This document shows positions 9,989-19,009 of a DNA stretch of 32,000 bases, in pieces. The translations under genes and the position numbers were made by a program. This DNA comes from Methanococcus maripaludis (GTDB lineage Archaea > AGJL01 > Methanococci > Methanococcales > Methanococcaceae): contig NZ_CP026606.1 of NCBI RefSeq assembly GCF_002945325.1, positions 1,200,001 through 1,232,000 on the forward strand, written 5' to 3'. The stretch's first letter is position 1. The number at the start of each line of letters is the position of its first letter. Below the pieces are notes generated by a model, which was not told where the DNA came from, ran no database searches, and saw only the letters and a program-made list of their open reading frames with translations.

Positions 9989-10013
9989 ATTTTTTTATTT
10001 TTTTATTTTTTTA
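9989..10013 (+). repeat. Three perfect tandem copies of ATTTTTTT after the ABC ATPase gene; possible oligo-T terminator
   Basis: Read directly: A-T7-A-T7-A-T7-A, starting 38 nt after the stop of the 9013..9951 gene. Confidence 0.6.
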
Positions 10014-10116
10014 ATGATTATTTGAATTTTGAAGCACTTACTATTTTAAGTAGTTTAAATAAATGTATGGACAAAGTGCATTTAACGGAATAATTTTGTG
10101 TATCTGGTGAAAAATA

Positions 10117-10719
10117 ATGAGTTCATTTAAGGGGATTTTTGGATTTAACAGGGTAGAATTAAAAGACCTGCTGATTTCATCAATTGCAATAGCTATTGTA
10201 GTTGTTTGGCCACGGGGATTTCCAACATTTAATATTGGATTTTTTTTGCATTTTATTGCAGCATTGCTTACTGTTGGAATTGCATTTATTTTTCACGAGC
10301 TTGCACACAGGACCGTTGCAAGACATTTTGGAGCATGGAGTGAATTTAGGGCATGGTATGAAGGACTTGCAATTGCAATATTTTTAAAAATAATTATTGG
10401 TTTTACATTTATCGCACCAGGTGCAGTATATATCCATAAAGATTACTTAACGACAAAAGAAAACGGTTTAATCTCAGTAGCAGGCCCGCTTACAAATATT
10501 GTGCTCGCAGTTTTATTCATGATACTTCCAATACCTGCAATATACTATTCGGGGTATTACGTGGATATTTCAAGCTACGGTTACTTTGTGAATATATTTT
10601 TGGCGATGTTTAATCTTCTACCCATATATCCTTTTGATGGGTCAAAAGTTATGCGCTGGAACTTTTTAGTTTGGGCCGTACTATTTATTCCACTGATTGT
10701 ATTATATTTCTTCGTCTAA
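10117..10719 (+). CDS. M50-type (site-2-protease-like) membrane metallopeptidase
   Basis: HExxH motif in IAFIFHELAHRTVARHFGAW and a second motif NLLPIYPFDGSKVMRW. Multi-TM protein. Confidence 0.85.
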   Translation: MSSFKGIFGFNRVELKDLLISSIAIAIVVVWPRGFPTFNIGFFLHFIAALLTVGIAFIFHELAHRTVARHFGAWSEFRAWYEGLAIAIFLKIIIGFTFIAPGAVYIHKDYLTTKENGLISVAGPLTNIVLAVLFMILPIPAIYYSGYYVDISSYGYFVNIFLAMFNLLPIYPFDGSKVMRWNFLVWAVLFIPLIVLYFFV

Positions 10720-10737
10720 AAGTTAAGGAATGATAAA

Positions 10738-11406
10738 ATGGAGTTTGATCTTTGGGTTAGGATCATTAAAGAAAGTATTGAAAAAAAGGATGTTGATCCT
10801 TGGAATATCAACATTTCTGAAATAACTGACGAATATCTTGGAACGATAAAAGAACTTCGAAAATTTGACATACGGTTGTCTGCAGACGTTGTTTTGGTTG
10901 CAGGAATTCTTTTAAGGTTAAAATCTCAGGTACTCTACGGGGAATGTGAAAATGCGTTTACCGAAGAAGAGGAAGAAGTATACGAAGACGATTATCGAGA
11001 CGAAGACTATGTTGAGGACGAAATTGTTGAAAAACCCCAAAAAGAACCTGTTAAAGAGCTTAATCCAGAAAGTATGACTTTAGATGGTTTGATTAGCACT
11101 CTTAAAACGGAACTTAAAAAAATTAAGGATACAAAACCTAGGAAAAAAAGAGAAGTTGTACGACCGACTGCATTATACAATTTAGTCGAAGAAATGATCG
11201 AGGAAGATGATATTTCTGATATAATGGAACTTTTAGTTTTGGAACTTAAAAAATCGGGCGGTAAATTTACATTCCAGAATAAATTTAAGACGAGGGAAGA
11301 AATTATAAAGAATTTTTTGCCTGCATTATACCTTGCAAACGACGGAAAAATTGACATTGACCAGGAAAATCTTTTTGATGAGTTAAACCTAGAATTGAAG
11401 AAATAA
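10738..11406 (+). CDS. scpA: Segregation and condensation protein A
   Basis: N-terminal DLWVRIIKESIEKKDVDPWNINISEITDEYLGTIKELRKFDIRLSADVVLVAGILLRLKSQVL is a typical ScpA motif. An acidic linker and C-terminal domain follow. Confidence 0.87.
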   Translation: MEFDLWVRIIKESIEKKDVDPWNINISEITDEYLGTIKELRKFDIRLSADVVLVAGILLRLKSQVLYGECENAFTEEEEEVYEDDYRDEDYVEDEIVEKPQKEPVKELNPESMTLDGLISTLKTELKKIKDTKPRKKREVVRPTALYNLVEEMIEEDDISDIMELLVLELKKSGGKFTFQNKFKTREEIIKNFLPALYLANDGKIDIDQENLFDELNLELKK

Positions 11407-11502
11407 TTTCTGGTTTAATGCCCCATGATATGATATTTTTTATTTATATTTATTAATTTCAATGAATAACTCTTTTTTTTTCAGAACTTAACAAAATTAA
11501 AT

Positions 11503-11519
11503 CGAAATCTTTATATATA
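11503..11519 (+). promoter_or_regulatory. BRE/TATA promoter of the thermosome gene
   Basis: cgaaatctttatatata lies about 70-85 nt upstream of the start codon, matching the archaeal BRE plus TATA arrangement. Confidence 0.7.
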
Positions 11520-11590
11520 CCCTCATAGTCATATACATACCGAAGCAGTACATTTTACCAAACAACAGTTTGAAAAAAGAGGTGCATTTT

Positions 11591-13222
11591 ATGTCACAAC
11601 AACCAGGAGTTTTACCTGAAAACATGAAAAGATACATGGGAAGAGATGCTCAAAGAATGAACATCTTAGCAGGAAGAATTATTGCAGAAACAGTAAGATC
11701 AACACTCGGTCCAAAAGGAATGGACAAAATGTTAGTTGATGACTTAGGGGACGTTGTTGTTACAAACGACGGTGTTACAATCTTAAGAGAAATGAGTGTA
11801 GAACACCCTGCAGCTAAAATGTTAATCGAAGTTGCAAAAACACAAGAAAAAGAAGTTGGCGATGGTACAACAACAGCTGTTGTAGTTGCTGGTGAATTAT
11901 TAAGGAAAGCTGAAGAATTATTGGACCAAAATGTACACCCAACAATTGTTGTAAAAGGATACCAAGCAGCAGCTCAAAAAGCTCAAGAATTATTAAAAAC
12001 AATTGCGTGCGAAGTTGGAGCTCAAGACAAAGAAATCTTAACAAAAATCGCAATGACCTCAATCACCGGAAAAGGTGCTGAAAAAGCTAAAGAAAAATTA
12101 GCTGAAATCATTGTTGAAGCAGTTTCAGCAGTTGTTGACGATGAAGGAAAAGTTGACAAAGATTTAATCAAAATTGAGAAAAAATCAGGCGCATCAATCG
12201 ACGACACCGAATTAATCAAAGGTGTTTTAGTTGACAAAGAAAGAGTAAGCGCTCAAATGCCTAAAAAAGTAACTGATGCAAAAATTGCACTTTTAAACTG
12301 TGCAATCGAAATCAAAGAAACAGAAACCGACGCAGAAATCAGAATCACTGACCCTGCAAAATTAATGGAATTCATCGAACAAGAAGAAAAAATGTTAAAA
12401 GACATGGTTGCTGAAATCAAAGCAAGCGGTGCAAACGTTTTATTCTGCCAAAAAGGAATCGATGACTTAGCACAACACTACTTAGCTAAAGAAGGAATCG
12501 TAGCTGCAAGAAGAGTTAAAAAATCCGACATGGAAAAATTAGCTAAAGCTACAGGTGCTAACGTAATTACAAACATCAAAGACTTATCAGCTGACGATTT
12601 AGGTGAAGCTGGTCTTGTTGAAGAAAGAAAAATCTCCGGAGATTCAATGATTTTCGTAGAAGAATGCAAACACCCAAAAGCAGTTACAATGCTCATCAGA
12701 GGTACAACTGAACACGTAATTGAAGAAGTTGCAAGAGCAGTAGACGATGCTGTTGGCGTAGTTGGATGTACAATTGAAGATGGTAGAATTGTATCTGGTG
12801 GAGGTTCAACAGAAGTTGAATTATCCATGAAATTAAGAGAATACGCAGAAGGAATCAGTGGAAGAGAACAACTCGCAGTTAGAGCATTCGCTGATGCTTT
12901 AGAAGTAATCCCAAGAACCTTAGCTGAAAACGCAGGACTCGATGCAATCGAAATCCTCGTTAAAGTTAGAGCAGCACACGCAAGCAACGGCAACAAATGT
13001 GCAGGTTTAAACGTATTCACCGGAGCAGTTGAAGACATGTGCGAAAACGGTGTAGTTGAACCATTAAGAGTTAAAACACAAGCAATCCAATCAGCAGCTG
13101 AATCAACAGAAATGTTACTCAGAATCGACGATGTAATTGCTGCAGAAAAATTAAGAGGAGCTCCTGACATGGGAGACATGGGCGGAATGCCAGGAATGGG
13201 CGGAATGCCAGGAATGATGTAA
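11591..13222 (+). CDS. thsA: Thermosome subunit (group II chaperonin)
   Basis: [91 protein letters not shown] and a C-terminal GGM-rich tail. The ATG at 11591 follows GAGGTG. Confidence 0.97.
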   Translation: MSQQPGVLPENMKRYMGRDAQRMNILAGRIIAETVRSTLGPKGMDKMLVDDLGDVVVTNDGVTILREMSVEHPAAKMLIEVAKTQEKEVGDGTTTAVVVAGELLRKAEELLDQNVHPTIVVKGYQAAAQKAQELLKTIACEVGAQDKEILTKIAMTSITGKGAEKAKEKLAEIIVEAVSAVVDDEGKVDKDLIKIEKKSGASIDDTELIKGVLVDKERVSAQMPKKVTDAKIALLNCAIEIKETETDAEIRITDPAKLMEFIEQEEKMLKDMVAEIKASGANVLFCQKGIDDLAQHYLAKEGIVAARRVKKSDMEKLAKATGANVITNIKDLSADDLGEAGLVEERKISGDSMIFVEECKHPKAVTMLIRGTTEHVIEEVARAVDDAVGVVGCTIEDGRIVSGGGSTEVELSMKLREYAEGISGREQLAVRAFADALEVIPRTLAENAGLDAIEILVKVRAAHASNGNKCAGLNVFTGAVEDMCENGVVEPLRVKTQAIQSAAESTEMLLRIDDVIAAEKLRGAPDMGDMGGMPGMGGMPGMM

Positions 13223-13316
13223 TTTTCATTCCCTTCTTTTTTTATTTTTGGAAAACAATATTTATAGATTTAAATATATTTAAAAAAGTATTCGGTTTTT
13301 CGGGTAATATGTAAAA

Positions 13317-14633
13317 TTAATATCTTAATTTTCCGCCGATATTTTCAATAATTTTATTGAAAGTTTCTTCTAATTTTTTCAAATCTTCTTTTTCGTAGGA
13401 ATTTATTCTAAAAGTTGCACTCAACTCATTTTCATCAATTTTATCTCCATAATATGTATCAATTACTTTGATTTCAAATTTATGGGCAAGTAATTCAAGA
13501 ATTATGTTTAAATCAATGTCTTTTTTAAATAATACTGAAATATCTACGAAATATTTTTCTAAATTTTTAATTTTCCAATTTTCAAGTTCCTTATCTTCCA
13601 TTAAAGAAACATTTGAAATGTTTAAGATAACTTCCTTTTCATTCTGTTTTAAAACGATGTTGTCGGAATAAACTTCTTTTAAAATACCGTAGTGCACGTT
13701 TTCAGAATAGATATGTTTTAAACCGATTTCTTTTCCAACAGATTTTAATAATTTTTCAGTTTCTTTTGAAATTGCGTAAACTGCTTTGTTAGAACAGTTA
13801 AGTCCGCGTTTTGTTTCATTTCCAAAATGCCTTGCAGAATTTTTCATGTTTTTTACAAAACTATCCCTATCTTTAGTTTGGACAATTTCACTTATATTTT
13901 CGCAGTTTTTAATGAATGTATCGTGAATAGTTTTTATCTGGGGGTTGTGCATCTGGATATCTGCATAAAGGTAGGGGTTTTGGCCGATTATCCTTGCAAT
14001 AATATTAATCATAAGTTCGTAAATTGGGGATGCAAAGTTTCTGGATTCTTTTATATCAATTCCAAGATCTTTTAAAGTTGATCCAAGTGAAATATATACA
14101 AAATGAGTTAGCCCTTGAACTACACCCATTATTTTATCGTGTTCTTTGGGGGACACAACAATTACTTTTGCACCTTCAATTTCTAAAAATTCTTTAATTT
14201 TTTCAAAAAATGGGTTTTCCTTTTCAGTCGGTGTGAGTATAACAACTTGCCTGTTTAACGATGGAGTTTCTGGCCCAAACATGGGGTGTGTCGGAAGTAC
14301 AAATACACCATTCTGTGAAAATTCTGCCATCAGTTTTGAAGGTCTTTCTTTTATCGAAGTGATATCCATTAAAAGTGAACCTTTTTTAACATGCGGAGCA
14401 ACTTCTTTAATCACAGATTCTGTAACATTTATCGGAACAGAAATTATTACAATGTCTCCTTTTTCTGCAGCATCAATATTGTTATTTGTGTAAGTTACAC
14501 GAAGTTCTTTTTCAACTTCTTTTCCTTTTATTACATCCCTTCCAGATACGAGTACATCAAAACCCCTATTTTTAAGAAATGATGCAAACCATTTTCCAAG
14601 CCCGTCAGTTCCGCCGATTATCGAAATTATCAT
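13317..14633 (-). CDS. tyrA: Prephenate dehydrogenase with C-terminal extension
   Basis: NAD-binding IISIIGGTDGLGKWFASFLKNRGFDVLVSGRD and LPTHPMFGPETPSLNRQVVILTPTE. The extra ~120 aa C-terminal region resembles methanogen TyrA proteins. Confidence 0.88.
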   Translation of the reverse strand: MIISIIGGTDGLGKWFASFLKNRGFDVLVSGRDVIKGKEVEKELRVTYTNNNIDAAEKGDIVIISVPINVTESVIKEVAPHVKKGSLLMDITSIKERPSKLMAEFSQNGVFVLPTHPMFGPETPSLNRQVVILTPTEKENPFFEKIKEFLEIEGAKVIVVSPKEHDKIMGVVQGLTHFVYISLGSTLKDLGIDIKESRNFASPIYELMINIIARIIGQNPYLYADIQMHNPQIKTIHDTFIKNCENISEIVQTKDRDSFVKNMKNSARHFGNETKRGLNCSNKAVYAISKETEKLLKSVGKEIGLKHIYSENVHYGILKEVYSDNIVLKQNEKEVILNISNVSLMEDKELENWKIKNLEKYFVDISVLFKKDIDLNIILELLAHKFEIKVIDTYYGDKIDENELSATFRINSYEKEDLKKLEETFNKIIENIGGKLRY

Positions 14634-14836
14634 AATTTTTCCATTTCTCAGTTTGATTGGTTTATCTTATCTCTTTTATTGTATTAAGTTATTCTTACAT
14701 AATAAAATTTTTACATTTTTTTATAAAATTCTTTAAAATTTAGCATATTTTACACATAATAGGGCTCCATTATAAAAAATGGATGTGTAACATTTTGGAA
14801 CAACCAATGCCCATTTATTACATTCTAATTCTTGAG

Positions 14837-14844
14837 TATATAAA
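14837..14844 (+). promoter_or_regulatory. Candidate TATA box for ald
   Basis: TATATAAA lies about 100 nt upstream of the ald ATG. Confidence 0.5.
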
Positions 14845-14946
14845 TGAAGTCAAAAATCTGCTGAAAGTGATAAATACGATGTTGCCGTATTAGGTGCCAG
14901 TAACTTATCAAAAAAATACAAAAAATGTAGATGAAGAGGGATTGAC

Positions 14947-16068
14947 ATGCTAATTGGAGTACCAAAAGAAATTAAAAACAATGAAAACAGGGTAGCTATC
15001 ACACCAGCAGGTGTAGAAGCTTTCGTTTTAGCTGGACACAAAGTATACATCGAAAAAGGTGCAGGTCTTGGAAGCGCAATCACTGATGAAGAATATGTTG
15101 CTGCAGGAGCAGAAATCTTGGTAACTGCAAAAGAAGTATTTGACATTGCAGAAATGATTATCAAAGTTAAAGAACCTCTTAAATCAGAATTTGAGCTTTT
15201 CAAAGAAGGACAAATCTTATTCACATACTTGCACTTGGCACCAGAACCACAGCTTACAAAAGCTCTTCTCGATAAAAAAATCACAGGAATTGCATACGAA
15301 ACAGTTCAACTTGCTGACAGAAGCTTACCTCTCTTAACTCCAATGAGTGAAATTGCAGGAAGAATGTCAATCCAACTCGGTGCACAATACTTGGAAAAAC
15401 AAGAAGGCGGAAAAGGTGTTTTATTAGGCGGTGTTCCAGGAGTAGAACCTGCTGAAGTTGTAATTGTAGGTGGTGGAATCGTTGGTACTAACGCTGCAAA
15501 AATTGCAGTAGGTATGGGTGCAAAAGTAACAATCTTAGACGTTAACACAAGAAGACTTGCTTACTTAGACGATATTTTTGGAAACAAAGTTACAACCTTA
15601 ATGTCAAACAGCTTTAACATTGCAAAAGCAGTTAAAAAAGCAGATTTACTCGTAGGATGTGTTTTAATCCCTGGTGCAAAAGCTCCAAAATTAGTTTCAG
15701 AAGAAATGGTTAAATCAATGCAACCTGGTTCAGTAATCGTTGACGTTGCAATCGATCAAGGTGGATCAATCGAAACAATCGATAGAATCACAACACACGA
15801 CAACCCAACTTACGAAAAATTCGGAGTTATCCACTACGCAGTTGCAAACATCCCTGGAGCAGTTGCAAGAACATCTACATACGCATTAACAAACGACACA
15901 CTTCCTTACGCATTACAAATAGCAAACAAAGGATACAAACAAGCAGTAATTGAAAACCCTGCATTATTAAAAGGATTAAACACACTTAACGGAAAAGTAA
16001 CATACGAAGCAGTGGCAAAAGCACACGACCTTCCATACACACCTGCAGAAAAAGCTTTAAATGAATAA
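14947..16068 (+). CDS. ald: Alanine dehydrogenase
   Basis: [57 protein letters not shown]... with [24 protein letters not shown]. Typical Ald. Confidence 0.96.
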   Translation: MLIGVPKEIKNNENRVAITPAGVEAFVLAGHKVYIEKGAGLGSAITDEEYVAAGAEILVTAKEVFDIAEMIIKVKEPLKSEFELFKEGQILFTYLHLAPEPQLTKALLDKKITGIAYETVQLADRSLPLLTPMSEIAGRMSIQLGAQYLEKQEGGKGVLLGGVPGVEPAEVVIVGGGIVGTNAAKIAVGMGAKVTILDVNTRRLAYLDDIFGNKVTTLMSNSFNIAKAVKKADLLVGCVLIPGAKAPKLVSEEMVKSMQPGSVIVDVAIDQGGSIETIDRITTHDNPTYEKFGVIHYAVANIPGAVARTSTYALTNDTLPYALQIANKGYKQAVIENPALLKGLNTLNGKVTYEAVAKAHDLPYTPAEKALNE

Positions 16069-16123
16069 TTATTTTATTTTTATTCATTAAAAAGCAACAT
16101 TTTCAACTTATAAGGTGAAGTTT

Positions 16124-17245
16124 ATGGTTTCACATCCGATATGGGCAGAAATTGACTTAAGCGCAATTAAAAACAATATTAAAGAAATAAGAAGAATTAC
16201 AAACCCTAAATCCAAGGTAATGGCAGTAGTAAAAGCAAATGCTTACGGACACGGCGCAGTCGAGGTTTCAAAAGTATGCCTTGAAAATGGGGCCGATCGG
16301 TTAGCAGTTGCACGTTCAACGGAAGCTCTTGAACTTAGGAATGCAGGAATAACGTGTCCAATACTTGTATTTGGATATGTTACCGAAGAAGAAATTTTGA
16401 AAATGGTTGAAAATGATATAACTTTAACCGTTTATTCACTTGAAATCGCAAATTCAATCCAAAAAATTGCTGAAAAATTGGGAAAAAATTCAAAAATCCA
16501 TATCAAAGTAGATACTGGAATGAGTAGACTTGGATTTTTGCCCGAGAAATCGTCGGTAGAAACCATAAAAAAAATCAGGGAACTGGAAAACATCGAAGTT
16601 GAAGGAATTTACACGCATTTTGCAGATGCAGATAATTCTGATAAAACATACACCACTATGCAATTTTCTAAATTTACGAGTTTTTTACACGATCTCGAGG
16701 AAAATGGAATTGATATTCCAATAAAACACGCATCAAATAGCGCTGCAATAATTGACCACCCGGAAACACATCTCAATATGGTGAGACCTGGAATTATTTT
16801 ATACGGGCTTTATCCTTCAGAACTGGTCCACAAGGAAAGAATTAATTTACAACCTGCAATGAGTTTGAAGGTACTTGTAACACATGTAAAAGACGTTCCA
16901 GAAAACACGAAAATAAGTTATGGTTGTACTTTTGAAACCAAAAAACAATCAAAAATTGCATCACTTCCAATAGGGTATGCCGATGGATTCACAAGAATGT
17001 TAAAAAATGGAAATGTCCTGATTCATGGATTGCGGGTTCCTGTTGTTGGCAGAATCTGCATGGATCAGTGCATGATTGATGTTACAAGTATTGAAAACGT
17101 AAACGTTGGAGACGTTGTCACAGTATTTGGAAAAGACGGAAATGAAAAAATCTCCATTGAAGAGTTTGGTAATAAATTGGGAACCATAAATTACGAACTT
17201 GTTTGCATGGTATCTGCAAGAGTTCCAAGAATATATTTACATTAA
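16124..17245 (+). CDS. alr: Alanine racemase (PLP-dependent)
   Basis: AEIDLSAIKNNI, VMAVVKANAYGHGA, KVDTGMSRLGF and GRICMDQCMIDV. AGGTG at 16113-16117 serves as SD for the ATG at 16124. Confidence 0.94.
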   Translation: MVSHPIWAEIDLSAIKNNIKEIRRITNPKSKVMAVVKANAYGHGAVEVSKVCLENGADRLAVARSTEALELRNAGITCPILVFGYVTEEEILKMVENDITLTVYSLEIANSIQKIAEKLGKNSKIHIKVDTGMSRLGFLPEKSSVETIKKIRELENIEVEGIYTHFADADNSDKTYTTMQFSKFTSFLHDLEENGIDIPIKHASNSAAIIDHPETHLNMVRPGIILYGLYPSELVHKERINLQPAMSLKVLVTHVKDVPENTKISYGCTFETKKQSKIASLPIGYADGFTRMLKNGNVLIHGLRVPVVGRICMDQCMIDVTSIENVNVGDVVTVFGKDGNEKISIEEFGNKLGTINYELVCMVSARVPRIYLH

Positions 17246-17298
17246 TTCTTTTTTTTAGCCTCATATATTTATAAAATCAAGTATTTAAATCCGTTACA

Positions 17299-17306
17299 TT
17301 TATATA
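17299..17306 (+). promoter_or_regulatory. Candidate TATA box for agcS
   Basis: TTTATATA. A second TATA-like stretch (ttttatatat) lies at about 17319-17328. Confidence 0.5.
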
Positions 17307-17330
17307 CTAATCTATACATTTTATATATTG

Positions 17331-17348
17331 CCGGAATGTGCATTCCGG
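17331..17348 (+). promoter_or_regulatory. Inverted repeat CCGGAATG-TG-CATTCCGG containing GGAA-N6-TTCC; candidate NrpR operator
   Basis: Perfect 8-bp arms with a 2-nt centre. The core GGAATGTGCATTCC at 17333-17346 fits the GGAA-N6-TTCC consensus described for NrpR operators and lies near the predicted transcription start. Confidence 0.75.
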
Positions 17349-17468
17349 TGACCACTTAATTCAAAATAAAAATTCATATAAATGTCCCTCAACATAGTTT
17401 GAAAGGTACATCTGTAATGATTAAACATTAAAAATCTTTAAAAAACCAAAAAAATTTGGAGTGGAAAA

Positions 17469-18830
17469 ATGGATTTTGTTTCACTTGTTAATACAGTTAA
17501 CAGTTTTGTTTGGGGTCCTTACATGCTCGTACTTCTTTTGGGTACCGGGATCTTTTTAACATTGAGATTAGGTTTTATGCAAATTCACACGTTGCCTTAT
17601 GCATTAAAACTCGCATTTTCAAAACATCAAGATGAAACTTCAGAAGGGGACATCTCACACTTTCAGGCATTGATGACTGCGCTTGCAGCAACAATCGGTA
17701 CTGGAAACATCGCAGGGGTTGCAACAGCATACGTTCTTGGTGGACCTGGTGCAATATTCTGGATGTGGGTCACCGCATTTTTTGGAATGGCTACAAAATA
17801 TGCAGAAGCAGTTCTTGCAATTAAATACAGAACTGTCGATGACAACGGAGAAATGGCAGGAGGTCCAATGTACTTCCTTGAAAAAGGACTTCCAGACCAC
17901 GGACTTGGAAAAATTTTAGGGGTTGCATTTGCATTTTTCGGTGCATTTGCTGCATTTGGTATTGGTAACATGGTTCAAACGAACTCAGTTGCTGATGCAG
18001 TGGCTTCAAACTTTGGTGTTGATCCATTAATTACAGGATTTGTTCTTGCAATATTCACAGCTGCAGTTATTTTGGGCGGTATTAAAAGTATCGGTAAAGC
18101 TACAGGTATTATCGTACCCTTCATGGCAGTATTTTACATATTGGCAGGATTAGTAATTCTTGCAATGAATATTGGTTACATTATTCCAGCGTTTGGAACA
18201 ATATTCTCTTCAGCATTTAACTTTAGCGCAGGATTCGGTGCATTAATTGGTACTGCAATCATGCGGGGGGTTAAAAGAGGTGTATTTTCAAACGAAGCAG
18301 GTCTTGGTTCCGCACCAATTGCAGCAGCAGCTGCTAAAACAGATCACCCTGGAAGACAGGCATTAGTTTCAATGACTGGTACATTCCTCGATACAATTGT
18401 TGTATGTACAATTACTGGATTAGTTTTAACAATTGCAGGTTTAAAAGCATTCCCTGGTCTTACAGACTTAACGGGCGCATCTTTAACCGCAGCTTCATTC
18501 GACGCATTAATGCCAATGGGTGGATTGATCGTTACAATTGGTCTTGTATTCTTTGCATACTCAACGGTACTTGGATGGTCGTACTACGGTGAAAAATGTT
18601 TCGAATATTTAATCGGTACGAAAGGAATTAGGTTGTACAGAATTGCATTTGTTTTAGTTGCTTTCTGGGGTGCAACCGCAAGCTTACCACTTGTATGGAA
18701 CATTGCAGATACATTAAACGGAGCAATGGCAATTCCAAACTTGATTGGTTTGTTATTACTTTCAGGAGTAGTTGTTAGCGAAACAAAAGCTTTCAACGAA
18801 ATAAGGAAAAATGAAGCTAAAAACGCTTAA
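17469..18830 (+). CDS. agcS: Sodium:alanine symporter family protein (alanine permease)
   Basis: ATIGTGNIAGVATAYVLGGPGAIFWMWVTAFFGMATKYAEAVLAIKYR and GVFSNEAGLGSAPIAAAAAKTDHPGRQALVSM. Located next to ald/alr. Confidence 0.94.
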   Translation: MDFVSLVNTVNSFVWGPYMLVLLLGTGIFLTLRLGFMQIHTLPYALKLAFSKHQDETSEGDISHFQALMTALAATIGTGNIAGVATAYVLGGPGAIFWMWVTAFFGMATKYAEAVLAIKYRTVDDNGEMAGGPMYFLEKGLPDHGLGKILGVAFAFFGAFAAFGIGNMVQTNSVADAVASNFGVDPLITGFVLAIFTAAVILGGIKSIGKATGIIVPFMAVFYILAGLVILAMNIGYIIPAFGTIFSSAFNFSAGFGALIGTAIMRGVKRGVFSNEAGLGSAPIAAAAAKTDHPGRQALVSMTGTFLDTIVVCTITGLVLTIAGLKAFPGLTDLTGASLTAASFDALMPMGGLIVTIGLVFFAYSTVLGWSYYGEKCFEYLIGTKGIRLYRIAFVLVAFWGATASLPLVWNIADTLNGAMAIPNLIGLLLLSGVVVSETKAFNEIRKNEAKNA

Positions 18831-19009
18831 ATTAACAATTAATTACCTATTAATTAACAATCCAATACTTTTTTGTTTATTATATTTTTAAGGAATTAAT
18901 TCAAATTAGTGGTTTTTGCAATTTATAGTTTTAAAATGATAATATGCCTCAATACTTTTTTATACGTAAAATGGATAAATCTATAGGATTTGTAATTTAG
19001 GTGATTTAA

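Noticed and set aside
12478-13179. 233-aa minus-strand ORF opposite thsA
   Set aside because: Shadow ORF antisense to the highly conserved thermosome coding sequence, caused by codon bias. It has Ser/Ala/Ile-rich low-complexity composition and no recognisable family.
13177-13218. 18-bp tandem repeat (ATGGGCGGAATGCCAGGA) at the end of thsA considered as a repeat element
   Set aside because: It encodes the standard GGM-rich C-terminal tail of group II chaperonins, so it is protein-level repetition and not a mobile or regulatory repeat.
14795-14807. TTGG-AACAA-CCAA mini hairpin upstream of ald, and the nearby GGAA (14797-14800) as an NrpR half-site
   Set aside because: Only 4-bp arms, and no TTCC partner at the required 6-nt spacing, so not a credible NrpR operator.
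18831-18865. TTAATTA-CCTAT-TAATTAA inverted repeat after agcS, considered as a regulatory hairpin
   Set aside because: Very AT-rich and short. It is likely chance or part of a weak terminator.
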